Source of the DNA: a virus
Lineage: Duplodnaviria > Caudoviricetes
IMG/VR virus record: IMGVR_UViG_3300010400_000010
Location: 1 to 52,733 of that record
Direction: 5' to 3' (one strand)
DNA length: 52,733 nucleotides
Shown here: in pieces, positions 8,648 to 18,448 of the stretch
Numbering within the stretch: position 1 is the stretch's first letter
Layout: each line of letters starts with the position of its first letter
The notes under the pieces: model-generated
What the model saw: the letters and a program-made list of their open reading frames with translations, nothing else
The model's database searches: none
What the model was told of the DNA's origin: nothing
Made by a program: the position numbers and the translations under genes

Positions 8648-9901
8648 ATGCCTAGTTACTACAATCAACCGGCATCTTTCGACAATGCAGTAACGGAAGA
8701 TACCAACAAGTTCGCCCAACTTCCCTTCTATCTCGTCAAAAACGAAGTGAAGGTTTTTCCACGTTGGAATATCTACGATCAACTCTACGGGACGATTGAT
8801 TGGGAACCAAACATGGGTACTACCATGACTGGTATTACTCCTCAGAACTCTCCTGTTGCTGAGGCGTTCTTTGTTCCTAACGAAATCACTTCCGTCCCCA
8901 ACAAGGACGTATATGAAGTTGACAGTGTTTCTCAGAGTGCAACTCTGAAAATGCACCGTTACGAATCCAAACAATTCAACTTCATTCCTTCATTCCAAGC
9001 ATTCTGGAGGGACTACATCAAGTTTGCCGACGGCGACATTGCGCGACAGATCGCAGTCTCCAACAACATGTTCATTCGTACCCAAATGTGGGCACAATCT
9101 CCTTCTGTGTTTATTGCAGGAAGTGGTTTAGTAAGTGCTCCACAGGGTGCAGTCAACAATGCAAACACTGCTGCTGGAAGTAAGAATGTTGCTTACATCC
9201 TTGGTGCATTGATTCCCAACATCAAAACCAATCTTTCTCTTCGGACGTTGTACTCTGCTGCAATGTTCATGAAAGAAGACATTGCGGCCCCTGCTTTCGA
9301 GGGGACGATGAACATGCCTAAGGACAACGAAGGTCTGATGGGTAAGTATGTGATTGTTGGTTCCACAGAAGCTTGGGACAACTTCGCATTCGACAAAGAC
9401 ACCCAGTTGTTGAAGTCAATCAATCTCGACTTGCTGTTCGAGGATTTCCACGGTCTGTTGTTTGGAAAGAACGTCTACAAGTTCGATCCATTCCCCTTGC
9501 GTTTCAAAGCTGACGGCACCGCAACTCCTCCACAAGTTCAAGTTCAAGGAACACTCCGTACCATTCCTAATCCAGACTACGTAAGTATTGCTACCTCTCC
9601 TTACGAAGTTGCTTGGATTCTCGGTGCTGATGCTTACAAAACAATCAAAGTCGGCCCTCCACCCAAGGAATTCGCCACCAAAAACATGTCTGCGAGCAAG
9701 TTCTACTCATTGAAGTGGAATAGTGAAATCCAACTCACAGATCAGGTTCTTATCACCTATGCTGATGGAACTATTGATTTGAATGTTTATGGAACTCAAT
9801 TGAAGTTCATCTCCCAATGCACCCATGGTATTTTGGCCGGTGATCCTCGTTTTGCACTTCCCATCATCTTCCAACGTACTCGCCCTGCTTTGGTAAGCTA
9901 A
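8648..9901 (+). CDS. Major capsid protein
   Basis: 417 aa, follows scaffold, strongly biased codons, own promoter and downstream terminator. Confidence 0.78.
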   Translation: MPSYYNQPASFDNAVTEDTNKFAQLPFYLVKNEVKVFPRWNIYDQLYGTIDWEPNMGTTMTGITPQNSPVAEAFFVPNEITSVPNKDVYEVDSVSQSATLKMHRYESKQFNFIPSFQAFWRDYIKFADGDIARQIAVSNNMFIRTQMWAQSPSVFIAGSGLVSAPQGAVNNANTAAGSKNVAYILGALIPNIKTNLSLRTLYSAAMFMKEDIAAPAFEGTMNMPKDNEGLMGKYVIVGSTEAWDNFAFDKDTQLLKSINLDLLFEDFHGLLFGKNVYKFDPFPLRFKADGTATPPQVQVQGTLRTIPNPDYVSIATSPYEVAWILGADAYKTIKVGPPPKEFATKNMSASKFYSLKWNSEIQLTDQVLITYADGTIDLNVYGTQLKFISQCTHGILAGDPRFALPIIFQRTRPALVS

Positions 9902-9945
9902 ACAAAATGATGTTATCCACAGACAAAAACAAAAATAACACCACT

Positions 9946-10470
9946 ATGAAAAACAAATTCATGAAATATCTGGCAATCGCAATGTTGATTGTTGGGCTTG
10001 GAACCGCAGGAAATCTTAAAGCTGCCACTTACTCCACAAATGTGGCCGCTGGACAAATTTCCTTGCTTAGCTTCCAGTCCGGCACCATCTTGTCGTTGAC
10101 AGTTGCAAACACTTCAACAAATATCGCCACATGGTATTTGATTGATGCTCCAACCAACCTCACCACTTGGACTAACGCTGCATATACAAACATCACCTAC
10201 ACTGGTGTTTCAAATATTGTTCTCACTTACACCAATTATTTTGGTGTCGTTACGAGTGTGACCAATCAATATGCAACCTACACCACTAACTCCACCGCAG
10301 CAAACACCAACAACTACAACCAAATCATTGGTGATGTTATTCCAGTTGGTGCAACTCACACGATCAACTATTCCACACTTGGACAAGTGTTCAATAACGG
10401 AATTTTGTTGACCAATAACACCAACGTTACGATCACCATCCAATATCGTAAGTCGTTGATTAACAACTAA
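9946..10470 (+). CDS. Thr/Asn-rich protein with signal peptide, co-transcribed with capsid
   Basis: MKNKFMKYLAIAMLIVGLGTAGNLKA leader; many TN and N-x-S/T motifs. Confidence 0.75.
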   Translation: MKNKFMKYLAIAMLIVGLGTAGNLKAATYSTNVAAGQISLLSFQSGTILSLTVANTSTNIATWYLIDAPTNLTTWTNAAYTNITYTGVSNIVLTYTNYFGVVTSVTNQYATYTTNSTAANTNNYNQIIGDVIPVGATHTINYSTLGQVFNNGILLTNNTNVTITIQYRKSLINN

Positions 10471-10510
10471 ACTATTCGGCCCAACAGTTTTCATTGTTGG
10501 GTTGTTGCAG

Positions 10511-10549
10511 GAGTGGGTCGGATTTGTCGGGGATTCGGCCCACTCTTTT
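10511..10549 (+). terminator. Rho-independent terminator after the capsid unit
   Basis: GAGTGGGTCGGATTT..GGATTCGGCCCACTC followed by TTTT. Confidence 0.85.
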
Positions 10550-10579
10550 GCAAAACAAAAACTTCAAACTTAATTTCTT

Positions 10580-11008
10580 GTGAGAATTTTTACACTACCA
10601 GCAAAAGACACAATCATTCAGCCTTGTCGAGTTATTTCCATTCCTGCTGCAACCAATGTGTGTATTTATTCTTCCAACGGTGGAACTCCGGGTGTTAATC
10701 CTGCGCAATTTTCAGTATTGTCTCCAACATCTATCGAACAACCTCCTTATAGGAATTTTTTAGTTCAAAACTGTGGAACAGTTCCGTTGAAAATCAAAAT
10801 CAACAAAGGTGTGGTTGGTGCTCCAGGAAGTGCAGACGATTTTCATATCGTTCTCCCCGCTTGTGTTGCAACCGACGACGGCACTTCACAACCAGTAGAT
10901 GTTGCTGGTGATAGTCCAATTGAAATTTGGGTTCGTAACGAAAACGGAGCTACCGCTGGAAGACTTGCTACTTATCGTTCTGGTTCTCAGTTAGATGACA
11001 AAAACTAA
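10580..11008 (+). CDS. Hypothetical virion protein
   Basis: Beta-rich ORF in structural block, GTG start. Confidence 0.65.
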   Translation: MRIFTLPAKDTIIQPCRVISIPAATNVCIYSSNGGTPGVNPAQFSVLSPTSIEQPPYRNFLVQNCGTVPLKIKINKGVVGAPGSADDFHIVLPACVATDDGTSQPVDVAGDSPIEIWVRNENGATAGRLATYRSGSQLDDKN

Positions 11009-11013
11009 CTTGT

Positions 11014-11247
11014 ATGACCAAACGGACAGAAAATCTTAGAATTTTCCCTAGAGTGTGTGGTTCTCAACGAGTCACACACTTTCCGGCTTTTGATCCTCCG
11101 TTGTTTGATGATGTTTGGTACAAGAACGGCATTGTTCCTCCTCCAACTCCAACTCCTCCATTTCCTTCTGGTGGAACATTAACAACTGAAGATGGTTTTT
11201 CAATTCAAACCGAAGATGGTCAAGACATCACAACAGAGAATGCTTAA
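11014..11247 (+). CDS. Small tail-fibre-associated protein
   Basis: C-terminal LTTEDGFSIQTEDGQDITTE repeat, a pattern often seen just before phage fibre genes. Confidence 0.6.
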   Translation: MTKRTENLRIFPRVCGSQRVTHFPAFDPPLFDDVWYKNGIVPPPTPTPPFPSGGTLTTEDGFSIQTEDGQDITTENA

Positions 11248-11250
11248 TAT

Positions 11251-12375
11251 ATGAAACGATTTTTACTTCTATTGATTGGTTTGGTTTGGTGCTTGGATGT
11301 TGGGGCCGCAAGTGTGAAAATAAGTGCTCTGCCTCTAGGAACAACAAACACACTTTACGGTACGAATGTTACCGTAATGGACCTAACACACAACACTACA
11401 AACGATACCTATAGTGTGAACCTTGGCTACCTTGGATCGAATTGGTTTTGGACAAATGTGGTTCTTCAGAACGCTTCTTCAATAAATGGAAATCTCACAG
11501 TAAATGGAAGTGTAAACATGGGAAGTTTTCAAGCTACAAATGCTTCTAATGTGAAAGCATTATTGAGTTTGGATAGTTTGAGAGTTACCAACAGTTCACA
11601 ATTCGATGGTGGAACTCAAACAGTCAATAGTGCCATTGTTCTTAATAGCACTCCACAAATCACCACACTAACGGCCTCTCGTCCACTATACTTGGATGCT
11701 GGTCAAAACATGGCATCTGCGGCCCTAAACGTAACAACTGGAAATGGCATCAGTTTGTTGAATGCTTCCAACGCAGCAGCGCCGATTTTTAAATCCCTAA
11801 CTAATACCGCTTCCACCGGCATCACCGCAACAGATCAAGGAACAAATGTGTTGTTAGCTCTAGCTTCTATTCCAAATACAGCTTTTGCTAACAGTAGTGT
11901 TACAGTAAATGGTACAGCAAACCAAGTTAACACAACCTCTGCTGCTATTGCTTTAGGTGGTAGTGCAACTTTGAGTTTGAGTTCCACACTTGTTGCTCCA
12001 GGTAGTTTAGGTGTAACTGGGCTGACTAGTTTGACCTCAGCCACTAACAATGGTTATTATGCTGGTCTAACATCTACTCTAGCTTATGTTGGTGGAACAA
12101 ACGTCATAGTTGATCTTGCTGTTGCAGATAATTTCTTGCTTACAATGACCAACACAACTTGGATGATCTTCTCCAACATCACCCAAGGCCGAAGTGGATT
12201 TGTTCATATTCTCACCAATGGCACCGCTCAAACCTTGAGTTATGGAGCTTCTAGTGTAAGCCACATTCTAACAAACGCTTCTATCACTGGAATCACTAAC
12301 CAAACTATTTGGGCTTGGAAATCTTCTTTTCACGGCACCAATGTTGCTGTAGTTTCAACCGCAGGGTTTCAATAA
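11251..12375 (+). CDS. Tail fibre-like T/N/S-rich protein with signal peptide
   Basis: Leader MKRFLLLLIGLVWCLDVGA followed by VKISALP fibre-type N-terminal motif. Confidence 0.7.
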   Translation: MKRFLLLLIGLVWCLDVGAASVKISALPLGTTNTLYGTNVTVMDLTHNTTNDTYSVNLGYLGSNWFWTNVVLQNASSINGNLTVNGSVNMGSFQATNASNVKALLSLDSLRVTNSSQFDGGTQTVNSAIVLNSTPQITTLTASRPLYLDAGQNMASAALNVTTGNGISLLNASNAAAPIFKSLTNTASTGITATDQGTNVLLALASIPNTAFANSSVTVNGTANQVNTTSAAIALGGSATLSLSSTLVAPGSLGVTGLTSLTSATNNGYYAGLTSTLAYVGGTNVIVDLAVADNFLLTMTNTTWMIFSNITQGRSGFVHILTNGTAQTLSYGASSVSHILTNASITGITNQTIWAWKSSFHGTNVAVVSTAGFQ

Positions 12376-12376
12376 C

Positions 12377-13195
12377 ATGAGCAAAATATTCGGATATTTT
12401 CTAGTTCTGTTAATAACATTCACAGCCAGTGGTGGTCCTTCTGGTGTTAGTGGATTCTTTGTTAATCGTCCAGTAGCATCTAGTAGCAGTTTTCCACAAG
12501 CTGCTAGTTTGATTGCTTACTACAAACTAGACGAATCCAGCGGCACTCGTGTAGACCAAACAGCCAATGCACTAGATTTAACAGACAACGGTACAATATC
12601 TGTTGTTGCCGGAAAAATCAACAACGCCGTCAGTAACAATAATTCCTCTTTAATGTACTTATCAAGGAGTTCAAACGCATTATACACTGCAACTGGTGGA
12701 GCTAATTGGTCTATTGGAATGTGGTTAAACATCAACACGGCCTCAGCAGGATATTCTCCAGCTAGTTATTGGAACTGGTCCGGCAACAATGGTGGATGGT
12801 CTTTAGTCACTGGAACAGGAAGCAGCAATGCAAAACTACAACTAAACATCGCTGCAACTTTAGCTTCTGCTGCTGGTGAAAATGCAATTATATCTGGAGC
12901 AGTTCCCTTGAATCAGTGGGTTTATTTTCTCTGGTGCTATGATGGATCACAAGGAAACAACACAAATCGAATTGTTTGTTACACAAACGGTGTCAATGCT
13001 ACATTAACCTTTGCTGGAACACTTCCAGTGGCAATGTTAAAACCTAACGCACAGTTTCAACTTGCCAATTGGACTTCACGAGGTGCATTCGGATTTGCAG
13101 GTAACGTTGATGAAGTTGCAATTTGGGCCGCAACTCTATCCGCTAGTGATGCAACAACCTTATACAATGGTGGGGCCGGAATAACTTATCCTTAA
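12377..13195 (+). CDS. LamG/concanavalin A-like lectin domain protein with signal peptide
   Basis: LIAYYKLDESSG, WSIGMW, NQWVY, YTNG, FAGNVDEVAIW, LYNGG. Confidence 0.88.
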   Translation: MSKIFGYFLVLLITFTASGGPSGVSGFFVNRPVASSSSFPQAASLIAYYKLDESSGTRVDQTANALDLTDNGTISVVAGKINNAVSNNNSSLMYLSRSSNALYTATGGANWSIGMWLNINTASAGYSPASYWNWSGNNGGWSLVTGTGSSNAKLQLNIAATLASAAGENAIISGAVPLNQWVYFLWCYDGSQGNNTNRIVCYTNGVNATLTFAGTLPVAMLKPNAQFQLANWTSRGAFGFAGNVDEVAIWAATLSASDATTLYNGGAGITYP

Positions 13196-13196
13196 T

Positions 13197-13508
13197 ATGC
13201 CACCATATCTTGATGAGTTAAACCAAGCAGTTGCTTCTGCAATTGAATCGAATCGTCCAATAGAAGAAGCATACTTTGCCAAATATGGAGTTTATTGCAA
13301 CATTGACTGGAAAGAAATCCCTTTGGTTGTTCCAGGACACATGATCGGTGCAGCAATAAACTACAACGGTGGCTCAGATGGTATTGGAGTTGATGGAGTA
13401 TTTCAATACATCGAAGAAAATGGTAAAACTGTTTGGTTGCGTTCTATTTGCTTTGGTCCATCACAAGACCCTTTGAGGAATTATGATTGGACTTTAAAAC
13501 GTGATTAA
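13197..13508 (+). CDS. Hypothetical protein, paralog of 13549-13911
   Basis: Shared AYF, INYxG..GxG and WxR..GP..RxxDWT motifs. Confidence 0.7.
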   Translation: MPPYLDELNQAVASAIESNRPIEEAYFAKYGVYCNIDWKEIPLVVPGHMIGAAINYNGGSDGIGVDGVFQYIEENGKTVWLRSICFGPSQDPLRNYDWTLKRD

Positions 13509-13548
13509 AAACTGGGGATCACAAAGGACAACATTATGCAATCTGCAA

Positions 13549-13911
13549 ATGAAGAAACTAATTTTATCAATATTGCTAACAACAGCAATTGTATTTGCAG
13601 CATCAAATGTTCCCAATAAAGCTTTGTTAGATGCAAAAATACTCACAACAACCAACGTTTACTCAGCAGCAGAGATTGCATACTTTAGTATCCACAACGA
13701 ATACAACAAATATCCAACAACCAACATTGATATTGTATTTGGTGGAAGTTTGAGTTTTGCAACCATAAACTATATTGGACCATTCGGAAAAGGTTATCAA
13801 TTTGTTTCAATCTACACCGACACAACAAATGGTATTTGGACACGACTAGATCATATTGGACCAGAAACAAATGACTCTTGCAGACAACAAGATTGGACGT
13901 ATCAAAAATAA
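13549..13911 (+). CDS. Exported hypothetical protein, paralog of 13197-13508
   Basis: Leader MKKLILSILLTTAIVFA; shared motifs with upstream ORF. Confidence 0.7.
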   Translation: MKKLILSILLTTAIVFAASNVPNKALLDAKILTTTNVYSAAEIAYFSIHNEYNKYPTTNIDIVFGGSLSFATINYIGPFGKGYQFVSIYTDTTNGIWTRLDHIGPETNDSCRQQDWTYQK

Positions 13912-13929
13912 CATAGAAAGGTGGGGAAT

Positions 13930-14160
13930 ATGGGTAAGGAACTTGAAGAACTACAAACACGAATGGCACTAGTTGAAGATCGCTACCAACAGCTTATGAC
14001 AAAACTTGACGAACATTCCAAAGATGACAAAGCCATGTTCAAAGAGTTAAAAGACTCAATAGTGTTGTTGACATCCAAACTCGACGGCCTCACTTGGAAA
14101 GTAGCCATCATGATTGGCACAATCGAAGCTGCTTCAAAATTCATGAACCTTATCAAATAA
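13930..14160 (+). CDS. Coiled-coil protein with C-terminal hydrophobic helix (XhlA/holin-like)
   Basis: Heptad pattern followed by LTWKVAIMIGTI. Confidence 0.55.
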   Translation: MGKELEELQTRMALVEDRYQQLMTKLDEHSKDDKAMFKELKDSIVLLTSKLDGLTWKVAIMIGTIEAASKFMNLIK

Positions 14161-14165
14161 ACCTT

Positions 14166-14474
14166 ATGAGTCTTTTCGTTTCAAGGACAGTAGCAAAAGC
14201 AATGTTGTTGAAAGCAATAGCATTGGAGTTCATGATTGAAAGTTTTGGTTCCCTAGTAACCTGTATCATGGCAGCATTGAGTGGATGTTTATGGAGTGAA
14301 CTTACTCCACAGATGAAATTCACTATGGTGTTGGGAATCACTGCAAATTGGTTAAAGGCTGTTAGTCCTACGATTCAGAAAGGGATTAAGGTAATTGAAC
14401 AGGAAGCAAACGGAAACAACGACACTGGATTTATAAAGAAACCCACAGAACAACAGTTTAACAACATTCCATAA
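14166..14474 (+). CDS. Putative holin-like membrane protein
   Basis: Two to three hydrophobic segments and a charged C-terminus. Confidence 0.5.
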   Translation: MSLFVSRTVAKAMLLKAIALEFMIESFGSLVTCIMAALSGCLWSELTPQMKFTMVLGITANWLKAVSPTIQKGIKVIEQEANGNNDTGFIKKPTEQQFNNIP

Positions 14475-14480
14475 CATTCT

Positions 14481-14786
14481 ATGAAAACTCCTGTTACGAC
14501 TCTAATCTTTGCAATCCTCCTCACTGTTGGTTGTGCTCACTTCAACTATTCTGCGAATGAAACAAAACCCGATGGAACAGAAATTGCAACCAAAGTTAAA
14601 GCATTCACATTTTTTGATAGTAAGTCTGAGTTGTCAAAACTCAAAACTTCTACAACAGATAAAACTCAGTCTCTTGGAATCGGAACACTTAATCAAGAAG
14701 CTGAAGGAAGTAATGCAGTAAATATTGTAAACTCTGTTGTAAGTGCAGCAGTCACCGCTGCTATCAAATCCACAGTCAAACCCTAA
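14481..14786 (+). CDS. Lipoprotein (possible spanin)
   Basis: Signal peptide II with lipobox LTVG-C; hydrophobic C-terminal helix. Confidence 0.65.
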   Translation: MKTPVTTLIFAILLTVGCAHFNYSANETKPDGTEIATKVKAFTFFDSKSELSKLKTSTTDKTQSLGIGTLNQEAEGSNAVNIVNSVVSAAVTAAIKSTVKP

Positions 14787-14795
14787 ACATCAGTT

Positions 14796-16049
14796 GTGCC
14801 CACATCTTCTCCAATACTAACCAACACCAACTGGTTACAGTTTACTTACGCATATCCTATCAGAAAGCTGAGAGGATATGTGGAGTTACCTGTTTTCTCC
14901 TACAACACAACTTGGTATGGAGCAAGTGTGGAGGTTACACAATTCAACTTTTCTTCAACGGATGTTTTTACTTTGCGAAGACTTCCTACAGTTCCGAGTG
15001 GAGTTAACTTTTTGTTGTGCTTGAAATGGCGAAACGGTAGTGTGGTGACGAGGTATAAGTTGTGGGAAAATGTTGGTGAGGTTCTCAACGTGCCGTTGTA
15101 TGGTGGTCAGATTATACCAAAGAATTTTGTTCTAGAAGTTTGGAATTTAGAAAATGGAACAGTCGTAAGTAATGCGAGTGTGGTGAAAATCTTCTCCAGT
15201 CTTACGCAAGTTCCAGACAATTATCAAATTCCTTTGGTGGATTTCATTCTAGCTGATGGAGTTGAATGTAATAACCTAAACGGAGTTGCTGTTCAGGGAA
15301 CGCCGTTGGACCTAACCAATATTGTTGCTAGATATGCTGGAGCAACATTAGTTCCATCTGGTAACTATGCCAACACATTCAACGAATGGATCGACGTTAG
15401 TGGAAGTGCGTTTGGTGCGGCCCCATTTGCAACCGGACTCGACATCCATCATCAACCTCAAGTGCTTCTTCCTGCTGCAAACTGTACGAGAAATTTTGTA
15501 AGGTTTAGTTTTGATGGAACTGATAGAAGTTTTCTATGTGGTTCTAGCTTTGATTATCCAATTACTGTTTATATTGTGATGAGATTTAGTGGAAACTCCA
15601 ATCCACAAGATTTCTTTCGTTCCAACATAAATGGTATAAAACTTTCAAGATTCTTCACTGGTCTTGGAACAGCAATATCAGCGTCACCTGATGCCGGTGG
15701 AGCTACTTTACAATCTCAAATTGTTCCTATTGGAACTTTCTTTATTGTAAAAGCCACATGGATAAATGGGACTCATCGTTTAAGAGTTGCTAATGGAGCT
15801 GATCTTTCTGGAAATAATACTGCTGGAAGTTCAACAGCTATTGGAAGTCCTTCTATTGGAGCAGATGGAGGAATAGTTGCATGTGAAGCTGAGTTTGCTG
15901 AAATTTTGATTTACAATGAAAATATAGTTGCAGGTGGCACAAAGGATGCTCAGATAATGGCATACCTCACAGCTTTATATTTAGGTGGTAATTTCCAAGA
16001 GATAGTAATGACCTACGATACTGGTGTAGCTTGGTTGGATAATCCTTAA
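14796..16049 (+). CDS. Tail/receptor-binding protein with C-terminal ConA-like domain
   Basis: EWIDVSG, TVYIV and EFAEILIYN..IMAYL pattern. Confidence 0.65.
   Translation: MPTSSPILTNTNWLQFTYAYPIRKLRGYVELPVFSYNTTWYGASVEVTQFNFSSTDVFTLRRLPTVPSGVNFLLCLKWRNGSVVTRYKLWENVGEVLNVPLYGGQIIPKNFVLEVWNLENGTVVSNASVVKIFSSLTQVPDNYQIPLVDFILADGVECNNLNGVAVQGTPLDLTNIVARYAGATLVPSGNYANTFNEWIDVSGSAFGAAPFATGLDIHHQPQVLLPAANCTRNFVRFSFDGTDRSFLCGSSFDYPITVYIVMRFSGNSNPQDFFRSNINGIKLSRFFTGLGTAISASPDAGGATLQSQIVPIGTFFIVKATWINGTHRLRVANGADLSGNNTAGSSTAIGSPSIGADGGIVACEAEFAEILIYNENIVAGGTKDAQIMAYLTALYLGGNFQEIVMTYDTGVAWLDNP
15934..15950 (+). promoter_or_regulatory. Internal sigma-54 promoter upstream of 16058 gene
   Basis: GTGGCACAAAGGATGCT, ~108 nt before the next ATG. 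Confidence 0.6.
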
Positions 16050-16057
16050 ACAATAAT

Positions 16058-17191
16058 ATGAAAAAACTCTTAGCTTTGATTTTCTTGATCTCCTTGTCTT
16101 CCCAAGGGGCCGACACAGATTTGAGAAAAGGAATTGATCTTACTGGAATGAGTAGTTTTCCAGGAACAGCCTTGAATCAACTTGTAGACAACGGCACCAT
16201 AGCCACAAACAAGGCTCTTGGAATAATTTCTCCAACGGCCCCAGATGCAAGTGGCAATCCACGCTACACTAATTGGTTTTGGATGGATGTTAGTTCTGAT
16301 CCACCAGTGATGAAAACCTATAGCAAGAATCTTGCCAATTGGTTTGGAATCGGTGTTGGTCCCAACAGTGTAGGTACGGCCCAACTAATTGATGGAAGTG
16401 TTACTACAGCCAAGATTGCTGTTGGAGCAGTTGATAGTACAAGACTTGCAAACAATGCTGTTGGAACAGCTAATCTTCAAATCGGAAGTGTTAGTTCTAC
16501 CAACATCCAAGGTGGTGGAGTAACAGGTTTCAACATCCAAACCAACTCCATCGACACCACAAAACTTGGAGCCTCTAGTGTTGATCGAACAAATCTTGCT
16601 CCAAATGCAGTAACTTCAACCAACATTGCAGCTAATAGTATTTACTCAACCAACATTGTTGCTGGACAAGTGTTTGGAACAAATATTGCGTTGAATACAA
16701 TCACATCAACAAATATTGGTAGTGGAGCTTTGTATGGAACAAACATGGTGAATAACACCATTGGAACCAACCAAGTCATAGCCTTAACAGCTATGAACAC
16801 AACAAACAATTATGGAATAGTTGTTTACACTTTGGTATCACTTACAAACGCTGCTCCAGCATTAACAACCAATTCAAGTTCTACAATCACGTTCACTCAT
16901 CAATTCGGTGTGATGCCGTTAGGATATAGGGTGGTGTATGTTTGTGTCTCTGCTGCTGGAGATAATGGATATGCTCAAGGTGATGAAATAGATGCGCTGA
17001 GTGCAGATGGAACTAATGCCGGTGGTTCCACAACACAACGAGCACAAACCATATATGCAAACTCTACTTCAGTTTTTGTTGTTACTTCTTCGGCCTCCTC
17101 AGCTTTTGTAGGAAACAAAGCAACAGGAGTTGGAGCATTGTTAAACACAACCAAATGGGTTTACAAATGCTATGCTTGGACTGTAAAATAA
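16058..17191 (+). CDS. Tail fibre protein with 10-residue repeats and signal peptide
   Basis: GSVTTAKIAV / GAVDSTRLAN / NAVTSTNIAA-type repeats; leader MKKLLALIFLISLSSQG. Confidence 0.75.
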   Translation: MKKLLALIFLISLSSQGADTDLRKGIDLTGMSSFPGTALNQLVDNGTIATNKALGIISPTAPDASGNPRYTNWFWMDVSSDPPVMKTYSKNLANWFGIGVGPNSVGTAQLIDGSVTTAKIAVGAVDSTRLANNAVGTANLQIGSVSSTNIQGGGVTGFNIQTNSIDTTKLGASSVDRTNLAPNAVTSTNIAANSIYSTNIVAGQVFGTNIALNTITSTNIGSGALYGTNMVNNTIGTNQVIALTAMNTTNNYGIVVYTLVSLTNAAPALTTNSSSTITFTHQFGVMPLGYRVVYVCVSAAGDNGYAQGDEIDALSADGTNAGGSTTQRAQTIYANSTSVFVVTSSASSAFVGNKATGVGALLNTTKWVYKCYAWTVK

Positions 17192-17201
17192 CCCTTCTCC
17201 C

Positions 17202-17423
17202 ATGAACCCTCCCAAACCTAAAATCAACATGGTTCCAGTTACATCTTCTAGGATGAAATCCATTGGAATCACAAATGCAGGTATGGTAGTAGAATTTCAC
17301 AACGGCGAAACCTATGGATATGCTGGAGTTCCGGCCCTAGTTTTTACCAAACTCCTTCGCTCCAAAAGTCCCGGTAAAATGTTGAACTCTATCCAAAAAC
17401 AATACAAGTACAAAAAACTATGA
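17202..17423 (+). CDS. KTSC domain protein
   Basis: VTSSRMKSIG..VEFHNGETYGYAGVP..SKSPGK. Confidence 0.88.
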   Translation: MNPPKPKINMVPVTSSRMKSIGITNAGMVVEFHNGETYGYAGVPALVFTKLLRSKSPGKMLNSIQKQYKYKKL

Positions 17424-18442
17424 GTGTTGGATATATTTTACGTAGGTGTCAGCAAAAAATGGGTCTTGATCCCAGTGATTCTGGTGCAAGAGCTATCATG
17501 CTCGACTATCTGAACGAAGCCGCAAACGAACTCTATCAACAGTGTGATGCAGAAGGTAGTTTGATGGAGTGCATTCTTCAGATTTATGGCAATCAACAAA
17601 TGGCATTGCCAAACTTCATCTATCGTCCACGTGGAATGCGTGAGATGACAACTCTCATGCCTTGGATTTTAGTGAATCAAACTCCACGGTTTCAACAAGG
17701 AAATTGGATCAAACAATGGAGAGAATGGACGATCAAAAACTATAGTCCAGTGAGGATGAGTTTAGATAACGAGGGGCCGTTTGTTTTGACGGTGCCGTTT
17801 GTGGAAAATCCTCCAATGGAAGTTACGATTATCGGTAACACTGCTGATAGTCAGAGAACAGTAGAAGTTGTAGTGATGGACAGTGTGTTAAAAACTACAA
17901 CAAATTCTTGGGGTCCAATATTACAGACTATCTACAAGTCCAAACCCAGTGTTTATGATCTCACCATCTATGATCTCAACGGCCCCATTCCTCTAGATGG
18001 AAGTGATCCAACAATCATGGCTGAGATTGCAAACAACTTGTTAGCTTCTCCATACCTGATTGTAGATATTTCCAAGTATCCTTTCTCAAATCAAGCCGCT
18101 GGAGCCAACATTCAAGCAATGGAAGTGTTGTATAAGCAACGGCTTCCATACTTGTATCTTGACACCGATGAATTTCCTGTACCAAACATGGATAATGTTC
18201 TTGTAAACAAGATGCTCCAGCTTTGGGCCGAAGAGCAAGGAAATGGAGATTTAGCACAAGCTTACGATGCAAAAGCCACCAGAACATTAGCTAGGAATCA
18301 ACAAGAAGCAGAGTTAGGTGAAGCTATGACTTGCGGGTTTGCAAATAATCCTCATGATAGTTTGTTGATTCACAATCCTGTTGTTCCTGCTAGGTTTGGA
18401 GGTTATCGACGTTATTGGGGTGTTGGTGGTTATGGATATTAA
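17420..18442 (+). CDS. Putative head-tail adaptor (tail tubular protein A-like)
   Basis: Size, position and N-terminal helical LDYLNEA pattern. Confidence 0.55.
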   Translation: MSVGYILRRCQQKMGLDPSDSGARAIMLDYLNEAANELYQQCDAEGSLMECILQIYGNQQMALPNFIYRPRGMREMTTLMPWILVNQTPRFQQGNWIKQWREWTIKNYSPVRMSLDNEGPFVLTVPFVENPPMEVTIIGNTADSQRTVEVVVMDSVLKTTTNSWGPILQTIYKSKPSVYDLTIYDLNGPIPLDGSDPTIMAEIANNLLASPYLIVDISKYPFSNQAAGANIQAMEVLYKQRLPYLYLDTDEFPVPNMDNVLVNKMLQLWAEEQGNGDLAQAYDAKATRTLARNQQEAELGEAMTCGFANNPHDSLLIHNPVVPARFGGYRRYWGVGGYGY

Positions 18443-18448
18443 AACAAC

